64,000 nt of DNA, taken from the NCBI GenBank assembly GCA_004022145.1, contig RCNU01000003.1; one strand, written 5' to 3'. The notes beneath the pieces are model-generated. The model was not told the DNA's origin. It did not search any database and saw nothing but the letters and a program-made list of their open reading frames with translations. A program made the translations under genes and the position numbers. Origin of the DNA: Paecilomyces variotii (taxonomy: Eukaryota). The stretch's first letter is position 1, and every line of letters starts with the position of its first letter. Of the stretch, positions 24,392 through 36,745 are shown piece after piece.

Positions 24392-26039
24392 ATGTCTGGA
24401 GGAAGCTCTGTATTTGCCGATTTCAAGGAAGCCCAGTCAGTCGGCTCTGGTCCTCGTTTGGCGGCAGCTCTCACTCCAGCTGCTCCAGCACAGTTTCCAG
24501 ACAAGCTACGTTCCTTTTACTATTCCACAAATTCTGTGAATGTATCTTCGGATCTTCGATACACACTGTTCCAGGACCGGAGCACAGGCGTGAAACTGCC
24601 TAAGCAGGAACAGAATGCTTGGCTGGAAATATTCACTGCTTACTGGAAAGCGGTGGGGGAAATTCTGAAGGTCGAGGAGTCGCGCAGCAGCTGGGCCAAA
24701 GTATTTGATGCTTGGAAGGAAGTCGCCAATGTTCTCATTAGGGGTTACTCGAACGGCGGCCTCCAGGCCTGGACAGTGCCATGCTTATACGTGGTTGGAC
24801 GATACCTACGCATATTTGCCATGAGGGCTGATGCTGAGACATCCTCGCAAGACTCAGGTTTTGGCAATGGATTCCAAGATGATGTCGTGGGGGAGTTCAA
24901 CAAGAATGTGAAGCTAGAAGATGCCGCGCGAACAATCAACCGGATATTCACTCTTTGCCTCAGTGACAGGTACGCCATAGTGCTTAGAGAATCTCACTAT
25001 ATGGCTCTCGTTTACTGATAGAAAAACATAGAGCCCCAATTGAGGAATCACGGAAATGGGGTATATACGAGACTACGAACCTCTTATTCAAGACCTACTT
25101 CAAGGTAGGCTCAGCATCTAGACCCATATTCAGACTGATTCTAACATTTCCGTAGCTCAACTCTGTTGGGCTTTCCAAGAACGTACTTCGTGCATTGGAT
25201 GCGTCTTCAGCCGATATGCCCGAGCTGGAGGCATTCCCCAAGTCGCACATAGTCACATTCAAATACTGCGTTGGGGTAATATGTTTCCTAGACGAGAACT
25301 ATGCTGAAGTAGGTCGTATCGTTGCTAAGTTCACGCGGAGATGCTAATCACACCCTTCTCTCAGGCGGAAGAGCACTTGACCTATGCATGGAATCTCTGT
25401 CACAAGGATGCCTACAAAAACAAAGAGTAAGCCCGAGCAAGACTGTCTCCTAGAAGCTGGCTAATGTAGTTAAGGTTGATTCTTATGTACCTTGTACCTT
25501 GCCATATGGTGACAACTCACACCTTACCTAGCAAGGACCTGCTTGGCCCATTCCCTCGTCTCGAAAAATTCTTCCGTCCACTGTGCACCTGTATCAAAAA
25601 GGGGGATCTAGTTGGCTTCGATCAAGCCATGTCAGCCAACGAGGACGAGTTTGTCAAAAGACGCATTTATCTGCCTTTGGAAAGAGGACGTGATATTGCT
25701 TTGCGGAATCTCTTCCGCAAGGTCTTCCTTGCTGGAGGATTCGATCCGCCAAAGGAGGGCATGCCCCCTATTCGACGGACACGTGTTCCAGTCGCAGAAT
25801 TCGCAGCGGCTTTGCGGATAGGGACACATAGCGAAGCTAAATCGCGAGTCGACTTTGATGAAGTCGAATGTCTCTTGTCCAATCTGATCTACAAGGTTAG
25901 TCTGATAATCTACTTGACTTCGCGCTTTTCACATGACTAATGCGTAACACAGAACCTCATGAAGGGCTACATCGCTCGTGACCGAGGCATTGTCGTTTTG
26001 AGCAAGAGCGGTAACGCGTTTCCAGGAACAGGCATTTAA
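24392..26039 (+). CDS. csn12: PCI-domain protein Csn12 (PCID2-like), 6 exons
   Basis: [20 protein letters not shown]...[60 protein letters not shown]...AFPGTGI*. Confidence 0.9.
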
Positions 26040-27935
26040 AACTGCGTTAGGCCTATGGTCTATCGCTTATTGACTTTCAAGCATCTCGTGGTCCCTGCTT
26101 TTGCCAGGGTCTAGCCTCACATGTCCTGCTTAATGAACAGCTCTGTATTTGACAGAAAGAGCCATGTATTATGATATGAAGACTCATTGCATCTCAACAG
26201 GCTCATATAGACTTCGCCTGCGTGGGTCGGTCATCTTCTCCTCCCGATGGCCTCAAAAGCACCGGATCCAAATATTGGACTGGCTGTTGCTCTGTCTCTA
26301 AACCTGCGGCAGACGTGAATCGCGTGAGGCATCCTCGTCTACGTTTAACATTCAATACCACGCAGTCATCAACATACATGGAGCCCTGGTACCATTTTGG
26401 CAAGGTAGTATCACCCAGTTTTTGCTACTTGTCAAGTAAAGGTGACTACACCCACCCCAGCTAGAGCTTCTGCAGCTCAGGCTCTCGTGCCATAGCGGAC
26501 ATCTACTTAGGGCATACTCCTTGCAGGTATGGGGCATTCACAAAGAACACAGTTTACTTACATTACCTTGAGTGTGAGATACCCAGATAGAATTGTTATC
26601 AATATATATTCATAAGAGAACCTTATCAAAACTTACTCATTGCAACCATACAATTAACAAGAATAACTACGAGAAAAGTCCTTACCCAGCAAGTCATTGT
26701 TAGTTGACTAGTCGACTGAACAGATATATCAATCCATTAACGAACAAGATAAGCTCTATGTGAATCTCCTAACCTTGATTCAGTGTATGTGTAGCATCTT
26801 AAAGTTAAACAGACCGTAAGATCTACCACTCCAGAGAACAGTAGATTTTGTGTGTCCATCGTGTATGTACAATTGCTAGGAAAGTTATTGATTTCGTTCT
26901 AAGGGCCTAGCATATTCTAGAAATATTGCGAATTATCTTGATCTGGATGGATATGGAATTCATAATGTACGGGGGGATGAATAATGGATGATTGAATGTG
27001 AGATATATGAGTATTTATACGCGCGACTTAATATACCCTCTTAGAACTTTGATATTGGACGTTTTCTATTGTTGCCTTTTCTATGATGTCCCTGGAACTA
27101 TGTAGAATAATAGGTAAAAAAGACTGCGGTGTCGAAGGCATACTACTTAATCGCGCGGGAAGGGCATCTCGCATCCGATAGGTAGATGCTTACAGGAGAG
27201 ATTCCGGTCAGAAGCAGTAACGGATGCTACTACTACTACTGCAAGGTAGAGTGTGACAGTGCGATTTATGGTATGGCCGCAAGCATGCGTCGTGTTTGTC
27301 TCGTGAGGGGTATAGGAACTGATTTCAACTATGGTATAGCTGTGGTCGATCTCGACAAACTAGACATATAAGAAATATGGAATTGTTCTGGATGCTTCGG
27401 GATATGAGTGCGTACCATATTTATTATTCGGCCGAAATAGCTATATTGTATACCATACACACCACCCTTCATGAGAGCCATCAAGCGTCATTCTTCTGAA
27501 ACAGAAATCATTGACCCAAAAAAGTAACGGAGAGCATCAGTCATAAACAAGAATAATTTGATCTCAACCCTTCTTTTAAGACGTGATCTGTTTATCACCC
27601 GTCTTGTAGGGGAGGTAAGAATGGTATTGTTACATGATCACATCATAATAATATATGAGAATACAAAAGAGATAGTACCGAAAAGCACGTTGCCTCTCCT
27701 CTTCTGATGGTTGACCACTGTTATATGTAGGTCCCAAACTCAAGAGGCAGAGGCAAGTAATTGTACAAATTGGGTTCCTGTGTTTATTAATATTTTTTTT
27801 CTCTTAAGGACGAGAGCCTTTTCGAGTAATCGTCAAACAAGGCCAGAGAGGAAAGCGTCGTAGATTGAGGGGTGTATGATCCGAGCCGTGAGATCAGGGT
27901 GGAGAGGAGAGCGACATACAACCGGTCATCGGAAA

Positions 27936-28959
27936 TTAACGAGAAAAGGGAGACTTGGAGGCAGAGGCCATGTCGTCCTGTCAATTTCGTGGGTGTCAGC
28001 GAGGGTAGGAAACTAACAGGAGCAGAAACTAAGGAGGCAGAGCTAACCATATGGTTACACATCGCAACAAAAAGGTCGAAGAAGAGTCTCCCTCCTTGCT
28101 CCATCTCCATCTGCATTGTACCACTACGTTTGAAGGTAGATCTGCTACGGATGATCAAGGCGAGGTAGTGTGCGCGAAGCTTTGAATCGGTATCAGGTGT
28201 ATTTTCGTAGGCATACCGAGCGCTTGCCAGGATCGTGCTGCATTGGATGCCGCACTGGAGGCCCTGTTTTCGCAGGGCGAGGCGTTTTAGCTCTTGAAGG
28301 CCGTACTTCTCTGCGGCACAGCTGTTGATGGAAAAGGGCGATAGTCAGAGATAAGGAAGATCATAATACAGCTATCTGGATGTACAGTACTTACTAGACA
28401 GCTGTGTCTTTCAAGATCACTGCTCCTGTCGCTTGATGGAAAATAGAGCATTCACTTGCATCGTTATCTGCTCCTGTGTTCTCCAAGTGCCAGTTATCAC
28501 GACGTTTGTTATGAAGAAGTTTTGGATAGTAGTCTCCTTTGTAGAGATACTCGAGAACACAGGAGAGGATCTCCGGCTGCTCTTCCGGTAGGTCGATGCG
28601 TTTATTGTGGGTTTCCAGGAACTGCTCACGGCAACGGGCTTGGAAGAAAGGAGACGCGCCAAGGACGTCCTCGTGAGCAGCGAAGAGACGCTGGTCGGAG
28701 CCGACACAGATCGTAACGATTGCAGATGTGAGGGACCTGCTCCAGTCAGCAACTGCACATACCCGCGAATTTGCACGGTAACATGAACTCACTCCCCAAT
28801 GGGAGCACTATCTGGTTTCTGCGAAGTTTCCAGGCGTCTTGAGCTTGAAGAATGCTCCTTGAAGGAGCGCTTGGGCCTGGAGGTTGCTTTCCCTGCGCGA
28901 TACTTGGACGAGAAACTCTCAGAGTGGCTGTGGTTGTGAGATGGTCTCCTGGCAAACAT
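27936..28959 (-). CDS. BTB/POZ-domain protein, 4 exons
   Basis: MFARRPSH... / SLTSAIVTICVGSDQRLFAAHEDVLGASPFF...IDLPEEQPEILSCVLEYLYKGDY / YCAAEKYGLQELKRLALRKQ... / DDMASASKSPFSR*. Confidence 0.85.
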
Positions 28960-30958
28960 GATGCAAACTGGATAAGGTGGCTTCACAGATCTTTGGCAGT
29001 CTGCTTTTTGAAGAAAGGAGATTGCCAGATGAAATGATAGCCGAAATCACGCCAAGTACCACAGCCAGTCTCACGTTATGTTTCCCGTCTGTCCAGAACG
29101 GGATCCAAAGGCGTCAAGCAGCGGAAGTTGAGATGGAAAGCAACGACCGCTAAACATGTCGCGCGCGGAAGGGAGCGAGGAGCCTGGTTTAAGTAGACCA
29201 TTTCTCCGACCAGGCATACTTTTACTGCGTAACACTCGATGCCTGATAATGCCATCCGTATACGTGGATCAGGAAGAGGCGCTGCCGATCTAACATTCGC
29301 GACCGGGGACGCGTAAAGTGCTTTTCTCCAATCGCCAAATCGGCGCGTGGTCACGGGACCTGGTCTGCCAATCTATCCAATAACACTTCCACAAAAAGAC
29401 GGCAATAGACAGGGGAAGCGAGGGACAAAGGGCGCCAGGAACAGGGAAGGTCTGACTAGGTGCGCCATGGCGGAATCATCAGACGGGATGTGCAGCAGCA
29501 GAGCTGTGTTGAGTATGGTGGCCAAGGGGCTGTGATTCATCGTCGCGGCCTAGAGCCTGGAAAGCCGGTTGTAGGTAGCAGTAGCAGAGGCCGCTAGACT
29601 GATAACCTGCATATTATCCGATAACTCTCTTTCATCCTGGACTATCTTACAAGCTCCAGGGACCGACACTCCAGTGGGTATCTGCTGTAAGTTACTAGCT
29701 TTGGCCATTATCATCATCTGACGGCGCGGCTGAAGCCTCGAGCGGCACAGTTCACCCTTCCAGGATGATCGTGTCTGGAAAAATGAAAACCTTACCAAAG
29801 GAAGAGCAAAGCCACTGATCCGATTTGCCCATGAGATGATCGATATTGTCCGGAAATGCAGCCCGGCTGTCGGCACGTCTCGAGCTATATAACCACCCAT
29901 CCCTTGTCACATTGTTTTAGTCGACGGATCGCCAACTCACAGGCAACCATGAAACTCAACATTGAGAACCTTTTAGGCTTCGAGCATATCTACGAATCTC
30001 CTTCCGAAGACAAGGATGCTTGGCGATTCTGAAAGAGACCATTATTGGACATGGACTATAGACTTATGCAACCCACCGGTCGGTAGAGAGCTTATCATGA
30101 GCGACTAAGTTAAAAGCTTGATACGTGCCTGTGACTGTCTATGGTAATGTCTATTTCCGGCTGTTATAAAAATGTTATGTTTCATCTCAGCCTTAGAAGA
30201 TCATACGCGTATACGATGATGGGAAGAGAACCATGTCTCAAGAACGAGTCATCCCGGGACGGTGACAACGCACGGTTGCATTGCTACTTATGACACGTCA
30301 GTAATTTTCTATCCGGACCATATTTATGACTCGTGCAGGGGACGCTCGAGTCGTCTTGATAATTTATGTAGACTGTATATAACTAAGTGTCGCCTCGTTC
30401 CCAACTAGTATAGTTGCGAGCTTTTTATTACCCGCAATCGAACATCTATCAGCCATGATCCCTTGTGCCAGTAGCATACACACTATGGCTTCCTGGCCTC
30501 TAGCTTTAATTCTATCTTGATTACAATGTCTCCAGCCGTATGGGGCTTGCTAGTTACAGTAACTGTCAGCTGCGTCTTACAGTAAGATCGATAATACCCG
30601 TGTAGAGAAATAACAAGAGAGATTCCCAGTCTTGACGCTTATTTCGACCTAAGGAAATCCGTGAAACGCAGCAGTCATTTTTATACTTAAAGACAATCTG
30701 ATTCATTTAATGTAAATCATAGACGTAGTGTCCACCGGAAGTAGAGACACTGGAAGCCCTCCATAGACCTGGCCATATATGCAAAGAGAAAAAGGAAATT
30801 AGACCTCAAAAGCCTCGTCGAACCAGACGCCTTGACCTCCTCAAATAACACGACGAATAACCCGGAATTTGACCTCAACCCTTTCCTCCTGAGAAAGCGC
30901 CCGACCAAAAAGATAACCCATGCCTGACGCCACACTATACGCGCAAATTTCAATGGAG

Positions 30959-32409
30959 TCACAGGAGGACCTTTCTCGCTTCCCGTGGATGACTTTCGTT
31001 GGGGCAATAAGGGCATTTGAATCTGCTGCCCTTGCTCAGCCGCGTTAGAGATTCCTGCGCAATAACGTGTCCACACGGCATCATCATCGGCGGGTTCTGG
31101 TCCGTCGTCTGCTCCTTGGAAACGGGGCATACGAATATCGAATGGAACAGATATGACGGAGGGAGAGGGATTTCGACCTAGGGAAGAACCGGATGTCAGA
31201 AGCTGATACGACAATACTCTTCCGCGCCAAATACTTACGGGAAGCTCATTCTGAGTGGTCCACTCGGTTCGCTTGGTTTTCATAATCGTATGCAGCTTAT
31301 AGAGCGTCGGCAGAGCGATCGCACCCGCAGTAGCCGCTATGTAAAGAGGCGAATCCGCAGAGAGACCCAGAAGTGAACAGAATTCACGAGTAAAAGTATT
31401 TGCAACATCAGCCCATGCCGATGGATTGTTGAAAATCGCTCTATACGGCGACTGCTCCAAGTTGGGGCAGAAAGCCATCGCACCGACCAGCTGCTGGACC
31501 TCCCCAAGATATCTAGGAATGAACGTCTGGAATTCTTTCCTCGCATATTCCAAGGCGGCATAAGGGCCTGTCGTACCCGACGCCGGTCCTTCTTTTCCTC
31601 CATGGAAAAGCCATATGAACTGGAGCCTGCAAAGCTCAAACTCAAGGTTACTCCCTCTCATCTCCAGCGCATGTCTGTTTTCTCGAGACCACTGGATTGC
31701 GGGTAGTAGGTTGTACTCTTCCTTCAGCTCGTGAAGGATGTGATACATGGTGGCGAACTGATTTCGGATTTCGCCGGACTGCACTTGATCAACATCAAGC
31801 TGCATATCGATATCCTCTATTGACACTGAGGGGTCCAGCTGTGGTTGCGCGGGAGCCTTCTTATCCGCTATCTCCTGCAGAAACGTCGACGCCACAGAGA
31901 ACTGTCCCTCTCTTAGAAGATGCATCGCGATGGCTCGGTTGACAAGAGCTGGCTGCGAGGCTAAGGCATCGTGGTCATTTTTTGGGAGGGGCTTGTCTTT
32001 GAACAGCTGTGTAGCAAAGATGCTGGTGAGATGATGGTCCAAGGTTATCGATTTAACATCTTGCGTACCTTATCCAGCGCCTTCCCATACTTATTCAAAC
32101 CACTATGAGTCTCCTTCAACCCCTCATTCATGCCATCGAAAGACGCTTTCACTGGGTTCTGTAGCTTGGCCAAAGTGATCGAAGCTTTACTTGGATCTTC
32201 ACAGTCGAAAATTCCGTTAGCCACACTCCGTAAGCAGCTTGCGCAGTCGCTCTCTTATCGACGGGGAAAAAGGAATCGAATAACTTACCCGCAGCGATAG
32301 TGTCGCGGGCTTCCTGTAGCATATCGATAGTGGCCTGCACATCCTTGATGTTCTTCGACGACTTGAGTCGTTTCCAGAGCCGCTCGTGTTCCTTCTGTAG
32401 CTGGTCCAT
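30959..32409 (-). CDS. rmd5: GID/CTLH complex E3 ligase subunit Rmd5, multi-exon
   Basis: LisH ([22 protein letters not shown]), CTLH/CRA ([29 protein letters not shown]) and a degenerate RING ([13 protein letters not shown]...MMPCGHVI...KCPYCP). Confidence 0.93.
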
Positions 32410-33029
32410 CGTGAATCACGCCCGAGTCGAATACCAGCTTCGAGATGAATAGTTACCGCCGGCGATGGACAGTGAATGTAGAACGATCCATATGCCTGGA
32501 GAAAAAGACTCGTAGATCGCTGGGGCCTGCCGCAGTTCCAAGCATCAACAGAGAAGAGACCTGCGCTCCTGGGCCTAATAAAACCACTTGGTGGTGGTCA
32601 TGAACGTGGATCATGCTGTCGGTTTCGAACTTGGGCCCAACGGCGGCGGTTCATCTCCGGCTAACGGAGGTTGCGGTTTAGCCCAGTCTCTCCAATGTCG
32701 TCACTGGACCGGCTTCCCGTGCGCGGCGCAGTCCGTGATCCTGAGAGAGACATGACAGCTATCCTCTCCCACGGCCATGAAGGCCTTCGCTGCCGTCGTC
32801 TGCGTACCCTGACCTATTTCTATTCTGTTGTCGACAGGACACCTTCCGACCTCAGATATGCCACTGTTGTCAACCGTCTGGCAACAGTGCAAGACCCCGC
32901 AAGGGTCGCTCGATCGTTTTGCTCCACCTTGACATCGCCTGGAACGCGGTTTTACGAAGATTGCCAAAGGCTACAAGTTGAGGAAATACAGCGGTCTGTA
33001 TTTCTCCTCGTGGGACATCTCTCGCTATC

Positions 33030-35633
33030 ATGGCTCCCCCGGTCGAGCAATCGACACCGCTGGCGGCCTCGGTCACCGCCAGTACGGGGCAAAACAGCAA
33101 AGTAACCCCGTCGTCAGTGAGCGACAAAGAAACGAGAGCGGCGTCATCTACTCGCGGTCCAAGCATTGACTCTCCTCGACATGAGCACTGGAGATTTGTC
33201 TTTACGGATCCAGTCGCATTCCGATACTTGGAGGAGGACCCATTGACAGTCGTACTGCATCGGCGGACCACGCTCCAAGGCTATGAGATCTATCTGGTAG
33301 AACAATGGGCTTGTTCCAGGGTTCATCCAACCTTCATAATCACAACCTACACGGGAGATCCGTCTCATACTGTCGTGGTTGGTGTGCTGAGTGTCCCGAC
33401 AGACGAGAGTACTTGGTCTCCGCGGTTGAAGCTCTACTTCCAGGCGGTGACACAATACCACGCTCGGAAGAATGACACGCCGTTGGGCACGCTGATGGTG
33501 ACCAATCTGAGTGCATTTCCATCTGTTCTGACTGTTATTCCTGTTCCAGACGGCGATGTTAAGAAACACAGGGATGACTTCATTGTCAATGAAGACCTAA
33601 AAAGACTCGGTTGTTCAGGTCGGGCAGGATTGAAACTGCAACCTCCTTCTCCAGCCACAGAAGCAAAGTTTCACCAGCTTTACCGGACAAGCGAACGGGT
33701 GCCAATATACAGTGCGGTCATAGAACTCGTGAAGCAATGCCAACTGGCTCTGATGATCTTCGACAAACTGGCTGCAGAATATGTGGACGGATTGCTGTGC
33801 GATGTGACGGAACGAGCGATAAACGACTGGTGGACGGATATTGGGACAGATCTTTACAATATCGAACCCAGTGACGGGATCCTGGGACCCACGACAGTTG
33901 CTGCCCTGTTGGGGACCTTGATGGGCGCTCGAAACAGACTGCATGCATTCGGTGCTCCAGTGGGCAAGGATGCGTTTGACATACCAAGTCTCAAAAGAGG
34001 GATCGGGAGTTTCCAAAAGTCTCAGAAACTGAACCGCACAAGACGGCTAGATAGACAGACGCTAGATAAGCTTCATCGCGTGACTGCCAAAGCGGCCAGC
34101 TCAGAGGGCTGGACCGATGCAGTGAAGTCTACCGTTGCGGAACTCAGTGGGAAAGGAGGCGAGATGGTGATGGGCATGGTAGGTGGAAAGGACAAGGCCG
34201 GCATAGCTGACATTGAAACGCTTGACTTGGATCGCTTTGCGCAACTTGTCAACGGACAAAGAGCCAAATGGCTATGGCGTGGTAAACGCTCGAAGACCGG
34301 TGCGTTCGGAAATGATCCAACAACAGGGGAGATGGTTTTTACTAGAGACGATCAGGGTGGCTATCTTTGGACAAGTCGCAGGCGACATTCAAACGAAGAC
34401 CTAGCCCCTGGACGTCCGACTCCCGAGGTAGAGCGTCCAAGCAAGCCACAGGAGGTAGCTGAAATGACGGAGGATAGAGATCAACAACCGACTAGGGGTG
34501 TCCTTAGGGGTGTCAGTGGAAAAGTATCCGATGCTCGAATAGGCTTCGGCAGATTCAAAGAAGCAGTTGGCCTGCCAGGACTTCGCTCACATCACCATCA
34601 CAAACACACCAAAGAGGGCGTCGATCTGGAAAGTGACCTCTCTTACACTCCTACTTTTGACAGTGATACAGAAGGCCCAACCACTAAAGAGAGCCATAAG
34701 CTGGCAAACCAGCTTGGGCAACAGCTCAGCCCTCGTCAACAAGAACAGAATGGCACCGTCGAAAAACAAGCCAGGCCACCAGATATCACTGTTTCCTCTG
34801 AGACCGGACCCCCAGAAATCGCTGTTCAACCTATGACCCCTGTCCAGGAATCGGTGCCACCAGACGATGAACGAGGAGATAAGCAAGAACTACTCTTCCC
34901 ACCGGACGAGAACGACGATGACCGACTTGAACTCATCAAGTCATACTCCACCGAAGGTCCTTCAGACAGAGAACAGCTGGCTGGCCTGAGTGCCCGAATT
35001 CTCAGACGCTCGCAGAGCTTTTCGGCACCCCTGCAGGAGAGAGACAGTAGCAAGGACTCTCGTTGGCCGCGCCACTTGTCATTCAGTACTGTCGAGGAGA
35101 TCGTGCTCGTCTGGGAAGGAGTTCGGGGCAGTAGGACCATGAAAAGGAAATCCGACGCTGGTCTGGAGGGTGCAATCCTTCAAGAGGAAATATTGACCTC
35201 GGATACGCAGATTTTTGGGTCCAGGATCCTCGAGCTGGGCCAAAGGACTCTTCCTTGGGTCGAAAAGCAGGTTGACGCTGTGGACAGTCTAAATCAGAGG
35301 GCCAATTCCCGTCAAGAGGAACTAGGCTCTATCTACCTAGAGCTACTGCACCAATACCAGAGCCTTCGAGAAGAGTCGGGGACTCTGCTGGCCAAGGAGA
35401 GCTCCGACATTACAGAGGGCCTTAAGCAAGTCGAAATGCTGGGAGCGAAGCTGGATTATGAGCTTAACGTCTTGGAGTCTAGAGTGGAAGACGTCGAGGC
35501 TGGGCTGGAAGAGTTCGAACGACACGTCATAGAAATTGAGACCAGGACAAAGGACTTGATCCAGGGCGAGAAAGGGAGAACCAACTCCTGGTTTTCTTGG
35601 ATGCGCAGAACACTAGAGCATATAGTTTCATGA
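33030..35633 (+). CDS. Sin3-binding Stb2/Stb6-family protein
   Basis: 867-aa ORF with FVFTDPVAFRYLEED, GYEIYLVEQWACSR, VNEDLKRLGCSGR, DGLLCDVTERAI and DGILGPTTVAALLG, and a C-terminal coiled coil. Confidence 0.9.
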   Translation: MAPPVEQSTPLAASVTASTGQNSKVTPSSVSDKETRAASSTRGPSIDSPRHEHWRFVFTDPVAFRYLEEDPLTVVLHRRTTLQGYEIYLVEQWACSRVHPTFIITTYTGDPSHTVVVGVLSVPTDESTWSPRLKLYFQAVTQYHARKNDTPLGTLMVTNLSAFPSVLTVIPVPDGDVKKHRDDFIVNEDLKRLGCSGRAGLKLQPPSPATEAKFHQLYRTSERVPIYSAVIELVKQCQLALMIFDKLAAEYVDGLLCDVTERAINDWWTDIGTDLYNIEPSDGILGPTTVAALLGTLMGARNRLHAFGAPVGKDAFDIPSLKRGIGSFQKSQKLNRTRRLDRQTLDKLHRVTAKAASSEGWTDAVKSTVAELSGKGGEMVMGMVGGKDKAGIADIETLDLDRFAQLVNGQRAKWLWRGKRSKTGAFGNDPTTGEMVFTRDDQGGYLWTSRRRHSNEDLAPGRPTPEVERPSKPQEVAEMTEDRDQQPTRGVLRGVSGKVSDARIGFGRFKEAVGLPGLRSHHHHKHTKEGVDLESDLSYTPTFDSDTEGPTTKESHKLANQLGQQLSPRQQEQNGTVEKQARPPDITVSSETGPPEIAVQPMTPVQESVPPDDERGDKQELLFPPDENDDDRLELIKSYSTEGPSDREQLAGLSARILRRSQSFSAPLQERDSSKDSRWPRHLSFSTVEEIVLVWEGVRGSRTMKRKSDAGLEGAILQEEILTSDTQIFGSRILELGQRTLPWVEKQVDAVDSLNQRANSRQEELGSIYLELLHQYQSLREESGTLLAKESSDITEGLKQVEMLGAKLDYELNVLESRVEDVEAGLEEFERHVIEIETRTKDLIQGEKGRTNSWFSWMRRTLEHIVS

Positions 35634-36033
35634 TCCCCATGCATCCACAGAGGCTCTTTTCGAGATGTCTCGCAATGGTTCTGCATTCCCATATACCCAG
35701 TAATGTACATAAAGCGAATTTGCATGTCCCCTGCGCCGCATACCGCCCAACCGGCGGCCTGCCTCGTCTAGATAGACACAATCAATAGCGAAAAAAAAAA
35801 GACATCGGATATCCACATTGTTTTGTTGCAGAACAGGCGCAAACGAGATTAGCAGCCACTAGACACGTCATTATCCCAAAGACCCATCTGCCTACCAGTG
35901 GCATATCATTCCGTCTCGGGCGCATCAAAACAAGCGTGAGACAGGATGCAGCTGAATCCACCCCTCATAAATGGCCCATCGTAAGATTTAACCACTTTTT
36001 CTCACCTGTTGTGATCATGGCGAAGAAGAGGCT

Positions 36034-36393
36034 TTACATGAGGCCCATGCCACCCTGTCTGCCGGCAGCCTCGCCCTGCATCTTCTCGCTGACCTTGATG
36101 TTGACTTCGAAGAACTTGCCCACACAGCGGTCCAGGCAGACGGACTCGCCCTTGTTCAGGTCACCTTCGCGGTAGTCGGTAGGAATGCACTTCTGAACGC
36201 AGGACTGGGTCAGACTGGAGTAAGTAGCAGACGTTAGCCCAAAAAGGTCGCTAGAACATATATTGCGCATTTCTCTCGAATAAGCTGCTACTTACCGGTT
36301 GAACATATCGGAAACCATCTCGACCTCAGTCTCTGCAGCGGCAATCTTCTCCGCAGAGGACAATTGGGGGCGGCCACCGAAGAGGAAAGACAT
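36034..36393 (-). CDS. tim10: Mitochondrial IMS chaperone Tim10, 2 coding exons
   Basis: [33 protein letters not shown] / [38 protein letters not shown] (twin CX3C). Confidence 0.96.
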
Positions 36394-36745
36394 GTTGAAT
36401 AGATGGAGAAGTGAGAATTAGACAGATGGTCTGAGTGAGGTAGCAGGGGCGAATGTATGTCCTAGTCAGGTATAAGAATCAGTGATTTCTGTAGATAAAC
36501 AGATACTCAATTGTACGTACTGTCAAGCTTGATGCTGTGTCTTTGACCTTGATGGAAGCTTGAGGGCTCTGAATCTGTCTTCAGCGAGCGCGGCGAACGG
36601 GCGGACTCGGGAGTTGGAGCTTGGACCACCTCCGGAGCTGGACATCTTTTTTACGATCCGCGTCAAAGAACTTCCTCTTCGTTCCTCCACCACACAAACA
36701 ACCCTTCACAGTCAGTTTTGCTCAGTGCTGGTCTCTCTTGAGCAG